Shown here piece after piece: positions 52,307-60,314 of a DNA stretch of 64,000 nt; position 1 is the first letter of the stretch; each line of letters begins with the position of its first letter. Under the pieces are notes generated by a model. It was not told where the DNA came from, made no database searches, and worked only from the letters and a program-made list of their open reading frames with translations. Origin of the DNA: Collinsella sp. (GTDB lineage Bacteria > Actinomycetota > Coriobacteriia > Coriobacteriales > Coriobacteriaceae); the NCBI GenBank assembly GCA_019414025.1, contig DXMU01000046.1, forward strand, positions 20,801 through 84,800. Direction: 5' to 3'. A program made the translations under genes and the position numbers.

Positions 52307-53245
52307 ATGGTGCAGGGCGCCAAGCATATGAAGAGCAATAACGCCGCGGACAACGGCGGCTCAAGCCCTCAGCCCAAACCTCAACCAAAGCCCAAGCGCC
52401 GCCGCAAGCGACTGCCGCGCTGGGCCGATCGGCTCATCACCATCGTGATCATCCTTGTTGGCGTGGGCCTTATGACCTGGCCGTGGATCTTGGACCGGCT
52501 CGAGGCCTCGGGCGTGTTCAACCAGATCAGCACCGTGTCCAGCACTGTGGACGCGCTGTCTGCCGAGGAGCGCGAGCGCATTCTGCTCCAGGCTCGCTCC
52601 TTTAACGAGCAGCTGGCGGGTGAGGTCACCGAGCTTCCCGACGATCAGATTGAGCCCTACGCCCAGCAGCTCATCTTTGACCGCGACCCCATGATGAGCT
52701 GGATCGAAATCCCCTCCATCGACGTGAGCATGCCCATCTACCACGGCACGAGCGAGGAGGTCCTCATGGCGGGTGTCGGCCACCTGGAGGGCACGAGCCT
52801 GCCAGTGGGCGGCACCTCGACGCATTGCGTGCTCACCGCGCACTCGGGCATGCGCAATCTGAGCATGTTCGACGACATCCGCTTGCTAGAGCCCGGCGAC
52901 CTGGTGCTGCTGCACACCATGAACAAGACGCTCGCCTACAAGATGGTGGACTCCGAGGTGGTGCTGCCCGAGGAGATGGAGTCACTGACCATCGAGCCCG
53001 GTGCCGACAAGGTGACGCTCGTTACCTGCACGCCCTACGGCGTGAACGACCATCGCCTGCTGGTGCATTGCGTGCGCACCAAGTACAACAAGAAGGACGT
53101 CGACAAGCAAAAGTCGCTGGCCGGCCGCCACTGGGGCAAGCGCGAGTTTGCCGTGCTCATCGTGGTCGTGGCCATTGTGCTGTTGCTGCTGGACATCGTG
53201 ATCCACGCGGTCCGCAAGCGCCGCAAGGCCAAGGCCTCGGCATAA
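52307..53245 (+). CDS. Class C (pilin-polymerising) sortase
   Basis: N-terminal TM, lid-like DPMMSW, TAHSG (His), TLVTCTPYG (Cys) and a C-terminal TM. AGAGGAG RBS. Confidence 0.9.
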   Translation: MVQGAKHMKSNNAADNGGSSPQPKPQPKPKRRRKRLPRWADRLITIVIILVGVGLMTWPWILDRLEASGVFNQISTVSSTVDALSAEERERILLQARSFNEQLAGEVTELPDDQIEPYAQQLIFDRDPMMSWIEIPSIDVSMPIYHGTSEEVLMAGVGHLEGTSLPVGGTSTHCVLTAHSGMRNLSMFDDIRLLEPGDLVLLHTMNKTLAYKMVDSEVVLPEEMESLTIEPGADKVTLVTCTPYGVNDHRLLVHCVRTKYNKKDVDKQKSLAGRHWGKREFAVLIVVVAIVLLLLDIVIHAVRKRRKAKASA

Positions 53246-53259
53246 GACATTCTCCAGAA

Positions 53260-53367
53260 CCACCACAATGGGGACAGGCACCTTTGTGGTGGCCGGGACT
53301 TCCAAACCGTCACAACATTCGATGAAAATCTCGATTTTGACGAAAAGTGTCGAATGTTGTGATGGTT
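53260..53367. repeat. CCACCACAATGG hairpin plus 65-bp palindromic element copy D
   Basis: Hairpin arms at 53260-53271 and 53281-53292. Palindrome arms at 53304-53322 and 53350-53367. The loop resembles copy C. Confidence 0.85.
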
Positions 53368-53370
53368 ATC

Positions 53371-53445
53371 GCTGTGGGCAGGACGGTTTTCGTTGTGGGC
53401 GAGACGGTTTTCGCTATGGACGGTGCGGTTTCGCTGCAGAACCGC
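53371..53445. repeat. 21-bp tandem repeat, ~3.5 units (GCTGTGGGCAGGACGGTTTTC)
   Basis: Units at 53371-53391, 53392-53412 and 53413-53432, plus a partial unit. Confidence 0.8.
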
Positions 53446-53569
53446 CAGCCCGCAGCCTGCCAACCGCCGCCCTCGTTACGTTTTCGCTGCATTTGGGTAA
53501 AGCACCTGCTCCAAGCGGCGTTGCCCTGTATACTAGAGCGGTTTAACTGTTATGCGGAAGGGAGCGCCT

Positions 53570-53881
53570 ATGGCACTCAGCGAGAAAGACGTGCGAGGCA
53601 TCGCCGAGTACGCAAAGATCGCACTGACCGATGACGAGCTCACCCAGATGACGTCCTACATGAACGACGCCGTCCAGATGCTCGAGCCCGTCTTGCAATA
53701 TGACTTGCCCGACGTGGAGCCCACGTTCCATCCCATCGGAAGCCTGTCCAACGTGATGGGCGATGACCTGCGCGAGCCCGAGCGCGACCTGCCGCTCGAC
53801 ATTGCGCTCGAAAACGCCGGCAGCGCGCGCGACCGCTACTTTCGCGTGCCGTCCATTTTGGGAGAGGGGGAGAGCGAGTAA
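53570..53881 (+). CDS. gatC: Asp-tRNA(Asn)/Glu-tRNA(Gln) amidotransferase subunit C
   Basis: About 103 aa. LTDDEL...M..L motif. TAATG overlap with gatA. Confidence 0.9.
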   Translation: MALSEKDVRGIAEYAKIALTDDELTQMTSYMNDAVQMLEPVLQYDLPDVEPTFHPIGSLSNVMGDDLREPERDLPLDIALENAGSARDRYFRVPSILGEGESE

Positions 53882-55395
53882 TGGCGCTAAGCTTCGATTC
53901 CCTTACCGCCGCCCAGATCGCCGCAGGCGTTGCCGCCGGCGACTTTACCGCTACCGAGGTGGCCCAGGCCTCCCTTGCCGCCATCGAGGCGCGCGAGGGC
54001 GGGGTCCAGGCATTCCTGCAGGTGGCGCCCGAGCTTGCGCTCGAGGCCGCCGCGCGCGTGGATGCCGACCGTGCCGCAGGCAAGCCGCTGCCCCCGCTCG
54101 CGGGCGTGCCGCTGGCCATTAAGGACAACATGAACCTCGTGGGTACGCGCACCACCTGCGCTTCCCGCATGCTCGAGAACTACCAGAGCGTCTACACCGC
54201 CACCTGCGTCCAGCGCATGCTCGATGCCGGCTGCCTGCCCATGGGCAAGGCCAACATGGACGAGTTTGCCTTTGGCAGCTCCACCGAGAGCTCAGCGTTC
54301 CACCGCACCAACAACCCTTGGGATACCGAGCGCGTGCCCGGCGGCTCCTCGGGCGGCTCCGCTGCCGCCGTCGCCGCGGGCGAGGTCGCGCTCTCGCTGG
54401 GCTCGGACACCGGCGGCTCCATTCGCCAGCCGGCGAGCCTCTGCGGCGTGGTGGGCTTTAAACCCACGTATGGCGCCGTGAGCCGTTACGGCGTGGTTGC
54501 CTTTGGCTCGTCGCTCGACCAGGTGGGCCCCTTTGGCCGCACGGTCGAGGATGTCGCGCTGGCCATGAACGCGCTTACCGGCGCGGGCCATGATCCGTAC
54601 GACTGCACCAGCCAGGATTGCGCCGTCGACTTTACCGAGCATCTCAACGACAGCATCGAGGGTAAACGCGTGGGCATCATCCCCGCGTTTATGGAGGCCG
54701 AGGGCCTGACGCCCGAGGTCAAGGCCGCTGTTCAGCGCGCCGCCCAGGAGCTGCAGAACCAGGGCGCCGAGCTGGTCGAGGTCGACCTGCCGCACCTGGA
54801 CGCCGCCATCGCCGCCTACTACGTCATCGGCCCGGCCGAGGCGTTCTCCAACTTGGCCCGCTTCGACGGCATTCGCTACGGCTATCAGGAGGAGGGCTGC
54901 GCCAACCTGTCCGACCAGAGCTCGCTTTCGCGCGCCCACGGCTTTGGCGCCGAGGCCAAGCGCCGTCAGATGCTCGGCGCCTACCTGCTGAGCTCGGGCG
55001 TGTACGACAAGTACTACTACGCCGCGCAAAAGGCCCGCACGCTCATCACGCAGGACTACGACGCCGCGTATGCCAAGGTGGACACCATCCTCATGCCCGC
55101 CTCGCCGCGCACGGCCTTTAAGTTTGGCGAGATCAGCGACCCCACGCAGATGTATCTCTCCGATCTGTACACCATCTCGCTCAACATTTGCGGCAACGGC
55201 GGTATCTCGGTGCCGCTGGGCCTGGGCGAGGATACTCATCTGCCCGTTTCTGCCCAGCTGGTGGGGCCTGCCTTTAAGGACCGTCAGCTGCTCACGTTTG
55301 CCCGCGCCCTGGAGCGCGGCTTTGCCGATGCCGCCACGGGAGCGCCCGTGCTTTCCGTCGCGCCCGATTTTGCCGGGAAGGGAGGCGAGCTGTAA
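53881..55395 (+). CDS. gatA: Amidotransferase subunit A
   Basis: Amidase signature GGSSGGSAAAVAAG...GSDTGGSIRQPA. Confidence 0.95.
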   Translation: MALSFDSLTAAQIAAGVAAGDFTATEVAQASLAAIEAREGGVQAFLQVAPELALEAAARVDADRAAGKPLPPLAGVPLAIKDNMNLVGTRTTCASRMLENYQSVYTATCVQRMLDAGCLPMGKANMDEFAFGSSTESSAFHRTNNPWDTERVPGGSSGGSAAAVAAGEVALSLGSDTGGSIRQPASLCGVVGFKPTYGAVSRYGVVAFGSSLDQVGPFGRTVEDVALAMNALTGAGHDPYDCTSQDCAVDFTEHLNDSIEGKRVGIIPAFMEAEGLTPEVKAAVQRAAQELQNQGAELVEVDLPHLDAAIAAYYVIGPAEAFSNLARFDGIRYGYQEEGCANLSDQSSLSRAHGFGAEAKRRQMLGAYLLSSGVYDKYYYAAQKARTLITQDYDAAYAKVDTILMPASPRTAFKFGEISDPTQMYLSDLYTISLNICGNGGISVPLGLGEDTHLPVSAQLVGPAFKDRQLLTFARALERGFADAATGAPVLSVAPDFAGKGGEL

Positions 55396-57071
55396 TGAAG
55401 GAGCTTTCCGAGGTTCTGCAGGATTGGGAGGCCGTGATCGGCCTGGAGATCCATACCGAGCTCACCGCACTCGATACCAAGATGTTCTGCAACTGCAAGC
55501 TCAGCCACGATGACGAGCCCAACGCCAACGTGTGTCCGGTGTGCCTGGGCCTGCCCGGTGCCCTGCCGGTGCCCAACAAACGCGCCATCGAGAGCATCGT
55601 CAAGGCCGGTCTGGCCACCAACTGCGAGATCCAGCGCCACTCGATGTTCTATCGCAAGCACTACTTCTATCCCGACATGGCCAAGAACTTCCAGACCACG
55701 CAGGGTCCGGTCGCCTTTGCCATGTACGGTCATCTGGATCTGGACGTGACCGGTCGCGGTGCCGCCGAACGCCCCGACTGCGCGTTTGGCGAGGCCGAGG
55801 CCCAGAGCCTGGCGAGCGCCTCAGCCAATGCCGAGGGTCTGTCTACGTCCATGTCCTCCACGATGCGCGAGGGCAATCAGCGCGCCGGCCACCTGGCCAG
55901 CTACGATGCATCTAACCTGCAGATGCCTGAGCGCCGCGAGGACGGTTCCTACACGGTGCCCATCCGCATCCTGCGCATCCACATGGAGGAGGACGCCGCC
56001 AAGATGGTGCACGTGGGCGGTGCCGAGGGCCGCATTACCGCCGCGGCCGAGTCGCTCGTTGACTACAATCGCTGCGGTACGCCTTTGATTGAGCTCGTGA
56101 CTGAGCCCGATCTGCGCACACCCGAGGAGGCTCGCCTGTTTATGGAGAAGCTCCGTCGCATCTTTGTGACGCTGGGCATTTCGGACTGCTCCATGGAGAA
56201 GGGCTCCATGCGCTGCGACGGCAACGTGTCGCTGCGTCGCCGTGGCGAGACCAAGTTGGGCACCAAGACCGAGCTCAAGAACCTCAACTCGTTTAAGAGT
56301 CTGCACGACGGCCTTGCCTACGAGATTTGCCGCCAGGCCGAGGTGCTCGAGGAGGGCGGCATCATCTATCAGGAGACCCGCCACTGGGAGCCCAGCCGCA
56401 AGCGCACCGTGGTCATGCGTGTGAAGGAAACGGCAGACGACTATCGTCTGTTCCCCGATCCCGACCTGGCGCCGTTCGATCTGGACGACGGGTTTATCGA
56501 CCGCTGCCGTCGCGAGATTCCCGAGCTGCCCGATGCCAAGCGCGCCCGTTTTGAGGCCGACTTTGGCATTAAGACGGCCGACGCCGAGCAGATTGCCGGC
56601 GACCCCGAGTTTGCCGACTTCTTTGAGGCCGCCGCTGCCGGTATGGCTGGCAAGGAGGCCCAGACGGTCGCAAACCTGCTGGTGAACGAGATGATCGCCT
56701 ACCTTAAGGGCGCGGGCGTGTCGCTCGCCGAGTCCGGCATCGTGCCGGCTCAGGTGGCGGCACTCGCCAAGCTGCTGGCGACCGATGCCATCAGCTCCAA
56801 CCAGGCGCACGAGGTCTTTGAGGCCATGGCCCAGACCGGCGACGACCCCAACAAGATCGTCGACGAGCGCGGCATGCGTCAGGTGAGCGACGCCGGCGCG
56901 CTGCAGCCTATCGTGGATGAGGTGCTGGCAAACTGTGCCGAGCAGGCGCAGCAGTACCGTGACGGCAACCAGAAGGTCATCGGCTTTTTGGTGGGCCAGT
57001 GCATGAAGGCGAGCCGCGGCAAGGGCAACCCGAAGCTCTTCAACGAGTTGCTGAGAACGTCGCTCTCGTAG
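55395..57071 (+). CDS. gatB: Amidotransferase subunit B (with an internal insertion)
   Basis: VIGLEIH, HMEEDAAK, GTPLIELVTEPD and a C-terminal YqeY-like tail. 558 aa. Confidence 0.95.
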   Translation: MKELSEVLQDWEAVIGLEIHTELTALDTKMFCNCKLSHDDEPNANVCPVCLGLPGALPVPNKRAIESIVKAGLATNCEIQRHSMFYRKHYFYPDMAKNFQTTQGPVAFAMYGHLDLDVTGRGAAERPDCAFGEAEAQSLASASANAEGLSTSMSSTMREGNQRAGHLASYDASNLQMPERREDGSYTVPIRILRIHMEEDAAKMVHVGGAEGRITAAAESLVDYNRCGTPLIELVTEPDLRTPEEARLFMEKLRRIFVTLGISDCSMEKGSMRCDGNVSLRRRGETKLGTKTELKNLNSFKSLHDGLAYEICRQAEVLEEGGIIYQETRHWEPSRKRTVVMRVKETADDYRLFPDPDLAPFDLDDGFIDRCRREIPELPDAKRARFEADFGIKTADAEQIAGDPEFADFFEAAAAGMAGKEAQTVANLLVNEMIAYLKGAGVSLAESGIVPAQVAALAKLLATDAISSNQAHEVFEAMAQTGDDPNKIVDERGMRQVSDAGALQPIVDEVLANCAEQAQQYRDGNQKVIGFLVGQCMKASRGKGNPKLFNELLRTSLS

Positions 57072-57077
57072 CTGCGA

Positions 57078-57220
57078 GGCCGGGGAAGCCCCGAGTCGCC
57101 GGGGTATTTCCTCCAAATTTCAAACAGTCCTATGCAAGACGAAGGCCACATTTAGTGGCCTTCTTTGCATGCGGAACTCATTTGGAGCAAACACCCCGGC
57201 GACTCGGGGCTTCCCCGGCC
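57078..57220. repeat. 143-nt nested hairpin closed by a perfect 28-bp inverted repeat
   Basis: ggccggggaagccccgagtcgccggggt (57078-57105) is the reverse complement of 57193-57220. Inner pairings: ctccaaat/atttggag and tgcaagacgaaggccac/gtggccttctttgca. Confidence 0.9.
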
Positions 57221-57267
57221 AGACGACTCGGCCGTTCGGGTCAGGCGGGGCTGAATGGAATAGAGTG

Positions 57268-57298
57268 AATGGGCGCGCCGTTGGCGCGCCCATTTTTG
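57268..57298 (+). terminator. Rho-independent terminator
   Basis: aatgggcgcgcc / ggcgcgcccatt stem followed by TTTT. Confidence 0.8.
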
Positions 57299-57300
57299 TA

Positions 57301-57333
57301 AATGTGACAAAGGGACAGTCCCTTTGTCACATT
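57301..57333. repeat. 33-nt perfect palindrome AATGTGACAAAGGGAC-A-GTCCCTTTGTCACATT
   Basis: Read directly. A related copy lies at 62076-62106. Confidence 0.9.
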
Positions 57334-57371
57334 GCGTGTGGAACTCATGGGGCTGTCCCTTTGCCGTCTTT

Positions 57372-58418
57372 TTATTGATGCTGGGAGCGCCAAGCGGTGG
57401 GGGTGGTGCCGGTGTGTTGCTTGAAGGCTTGGGCGAAGGCGGCCTGCTGAGGGTAGCCTAGACGCTCTGCCACCTGCGCTATCGTCAGCGAGCTGTCGGC
57501 CAAAAGGTCCTGTGCTCGCTCCATACGGCGTCTGCGGATGTAGGCGCCCAGGGACTCGCCAGTTTGGGCCTTAAAGGTGGCGCATAGCTTGGAGCGGCTT
57601 GTGTAGAGCCTCTCGGCCACTTCGTTGACACCCACACGCCTGCCTTTGTCGAGCGCGCACTCAATCATCGCCGTCGCTTCCTCGGCAATGGTTATGCTGG
57701 CGCGTGTGTCTGCCGCCCGCCGCGCCTGCTTGTGGGCCGCGCGCGAACAGGCGAGCTCCGCGACCATGGTCTCCACGATGCCTTGCATATAGACGTGTCC
57801 GCCTACGGCGCGAGCGCGGTCCTCGTTGATTCGACGTAGTGTGTGGCAGATGGCAGATGCTGCCTCCTCGTGCCACGACTCGGCAAACGCCTCAAAGACC
57901 CCTGCGAACTCGGTGGGATAGCGGTGCTCCAGTTCGTCAAAATATCCAGGCAAAAAGAGCACCGAGCGCGAGTGATAGAGCCGCCCTGCAAACAGTGGGC
58001 TTAACTCCTCGCCACAGTTATCTTGGATAAAGCTGCACACGGCATTGTTTGGCCACGGTCCATGCAGGGGTTTAAGGTTCGCAGGCGTTATGCCGGCTTC
58101 GGGCATGCACATGAGCGTGGGCGCGCTGACCTCGCTCACGCACGCGTACGGTTCGGGTGTGTATTCTGCCAGGTACATATCGTGCATCGGGGTAATGAAA
58201 TGCTCCATAACGATGCAGGCGGGGGAGAGGGGCATGATCCATGCGCGTCCGTGCGCCCGATCGTTTGCCACCTCGCCGGTAAAGACGGCGCCCTTGCCGG
58301 TAAGCTCCAGGCCAAACTGCTCAAACTGCGGTGCGTAGAGCTCGGTTATGTCGGTCGCCGCCCGCCGCATTTTCAAAAGCGTCCCCTTCATTTGCGAAAA
58401 CGTCCACGCCTGGCCCAA
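57372..58418 (-). CDS. AraC-family transcriptional regulator
   Basis: C-terminal double HTH ...IAQVAERLGYPQQAAFAQAFKQHTGTTPTAWR. The start codon is uncertain. Confidence 0.85.
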   Translation of the reverse strand: MGQAWTFSQMKGTLLKMRRAATDITELYAPQFEQFGLELTGKGAVFTGEVANDRAHGRAWIMPLSPACIVMEHFITPMHDMYLAEYTPEPYACVSEVSAPTLMCMPEAGITPANLKPLHGPWPNNAVCSFIQDNCGEELSPLFAGRLYHSRSVLFLPGYFDELEHRYPTEFAGVFEAFAESWHEEAASAICHTLRRINEDRARAVGGHVYMQGIVETMVAELACSRAAHKQARRAADTRASITIAEEATAMIECALDKGRRVGVNEVAERLYTSRSKLCATFKAQTGESLGAYIRRRRMERAQDLLADSSLTIAQVAERLGYPQQAAFAQAFKQHTGTTPTAWRSQHQ

Positions 58419-58490
58419 TTGTGTGCCTTGGCTAACACGCCCATGATAAGTTTCTTACGGTTAACTCTCAAGCCGTTAGAAAGGAATCTC

Positions 58491-60314
58491 ATGGCAAAGG
58501 GATCGAAAAAGGAAGGTGGCGGCATCGGCGAGCTGCTTGCATATGCTGGTGACCGTAAATTCCTAACGTATTTGGGCATGGCCCTCTCGGCGTTCTCGCA
58601 GCTGTTGAGCTTTGGCCCGTACGTGTGCATCTGGCTTGTTGCGCGAGACCTGATCGCTGTGGCGCCTAACTGGAGCGAGGCCGCCGACATCGCGATGTAT
58701 GGTTGGTGGGCTGTGGGTTTTGCCCTGGCAAGCATCGTGGTCTATTTCGTGGGACTCATGTGCACGCACCTGTCCGCGTTTCGCTGCGCATCCAATATCC
58801 GCAAGGCTACGAGCGAGCATCTGCTTAAGCTGCCGCTCGGCTACTTTGACACGCACGCCACCGGTGAGCTGCGCCGTATCGTAGACGGATGCGCCGCCTC
58901 CACCGAAACGCTGCTCGCGCACATGCTGCCCGATATCGCCGGCGCCACTGCCATGGTCGCGGGCCTGCTTGTGCTGCTATTTGCCCTCGATTGGCGTTTG
59001 GGCGCGGCATGCTTAATCTCGGTCGTCGTTTCGTTTTGCGCCATGGCCACCATGATGAGCGGCAAGGGCGCCGAGTTTATGAAGGCCTACATGGGCGCGC
59101 TGGTCAAGATGAACAAGACCGGCACCGAATACGTGCGCGGCATCCCCGTGGTCAAGGTGTTCCAGCAGACGGTCTACTCCTTTAAGGCGTTTCACGATGC
59201 GATCGCCGAATACGCCGACATGGCGCAAAGCTATGCGGGTACGTTCTGCCGAGGCCCGCAGGTGCTCAACCTTACCGCGCTCAATGGCCTCGTGGCATTT
59301 CTTTTGCCCGTGGCGTTGCTGTTGGCGCCGGGCGAGACGGACTTCGCGCACTTTATGGTCAACTTCACGTTTTACGCGATATTTTCGGCCGTGGTACCGA
59401 CGGCCATGACCAAGCTCATGTTTGTGGGCGAGGCCTCTCAGATGAGTGCCGATTCGCTGGCTCGCATTCGAAGCGTCATGGATTCCAAGCAGCTCTCCGT
59501 GCCCACGCAACCCAAGCACCCTGCCGGCGGCGACGTGCGATTTGAGGACGTGAGCTTTACGTACGAGGGTGCCGAAGCACCTGCCGTTAGCCATGTAAGT
59601 TTCAGCGTTCCCGCTGGTAGTGCCCTTGCGCTTGTGGGTCCTTCGGGCGGCGGCAAGTCAACCTGCGCAAGCCTGATTCCTCGTTTTTGGGATGTTTCCT
59701 CGGGTCGAGTGCTCGTAGGTGGTGTGGACGTTCGCGATGTGGATCCGCACGAGCTTATGGACCAGGTCGCCTTCGTGTTCCAGACCAACCAGCTGTTCCG
59801 GCAAACACTTGCCGATAACGTGCGCGCTTCCAAGCCTACGGCCACTGACGACGAAGTGCGTGCGGCCCTCTCCGCAGCTCAGTGCGACGACATTGTGGCC
59901 AAGCTTCCACAGGGCATCAATACCATGCTCGGTGCCGGCGGAGCATATCTTTCGGGCGGCGAGGTCCAGCGCGTGGCACTTGCCCGCGCGATCCTTAAAG
60001 ACGCGCCCATCGTGGTGCTCGATGAGGCCACGGCGTTTGCCGACCCCGAGAACGAGGCACTCATCCAGCGCGCCTTTAGCAAGCTGGCGGCGGGTCGTAC
60101 GGTCATTATGATCGCGCACCGACTCTCGACTGTAGTGGGCGCAGATCAAATCGTGGTGCTCAACCAGGGTAGCGTGCAGGAGACTGGCACCCATGCCGAG
60201 TTGCTGTCCCAAGAGGGTCTGTATGCCAAGATGTGGGCCGAATACGAACAGGCCGCGAGCTGGAAGATCACTGCTGCCGCGGATGCCGCCGTCACGAAGG
60301 GAGGCGAGGCCTAA
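58491..60314 (+). CDS. ABC transporter, fused permease/ATPase (exporter half)
   Basis: 6-TM domain. Walker A GPSGGGKST, signature LSGGEVQR, Walker B VVLDEAT. Start at MAKGSKKEGG. Confidence 0.9.
   Translation: MAKGSKKEGGGIGELLAYAGDRKFLTYLGMALSAFSQLLSFGPYVCIWLVARDLIAVAPNWSEAADIAMYGWWAVGFALASIVVYFVGLMCTHLSAFRCASNIRKATSEHLLKLPLGYFDTHATGELRRIVDGCAASTETLLAHMLPDIAGATAMVAGLLVLLFALDWRLGAACLISVVVSFCAMATMMSGKGAEFMKAYMGALVKMNKTGTEYVRGIPVVKVFQQTVYSFKAFHDAIAEYADMAQSYAGTFCRGPQVLNLTALNGLVAFLLPVALLLAPGETDFAHFMVNFTFYAIFSAVVPTAMTKLMFVGEASQMSADSLARIRSVMDSKQLSVPTQPKHPAGGDVRFEDVSFTYEGAEAPAVSHVSFSVPAGSALALVGPSGGGKSTCASLIPRFWDVSSGRVLVGGVDVRDVDPHELMDQVAFVFQTNQLFRQTLADNVRASKPTATDDEVRAALSAAQCDDIVAKLPQGINTMLGAGGAYLSGGEVQRVALARAILKDAPIVVLDEATAFADPENEALIQRAFSKLAAGRTVIMIAHRLSTVVGADQIVVLNQGSVQETGTHAELLSQEGLYAKMWAEYEQAASWKITAAADAAVTKGGEA

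Noticed and set aside
58023-58490. 156-aa N-terminal extension of the first ABC transporter ORF.
   Set aside because: The extension is antisense to the AraC gene and has no TM or ABC features. A well-placed ATG at 58491 (MAKGSKKEGG) precedes the first TM region.
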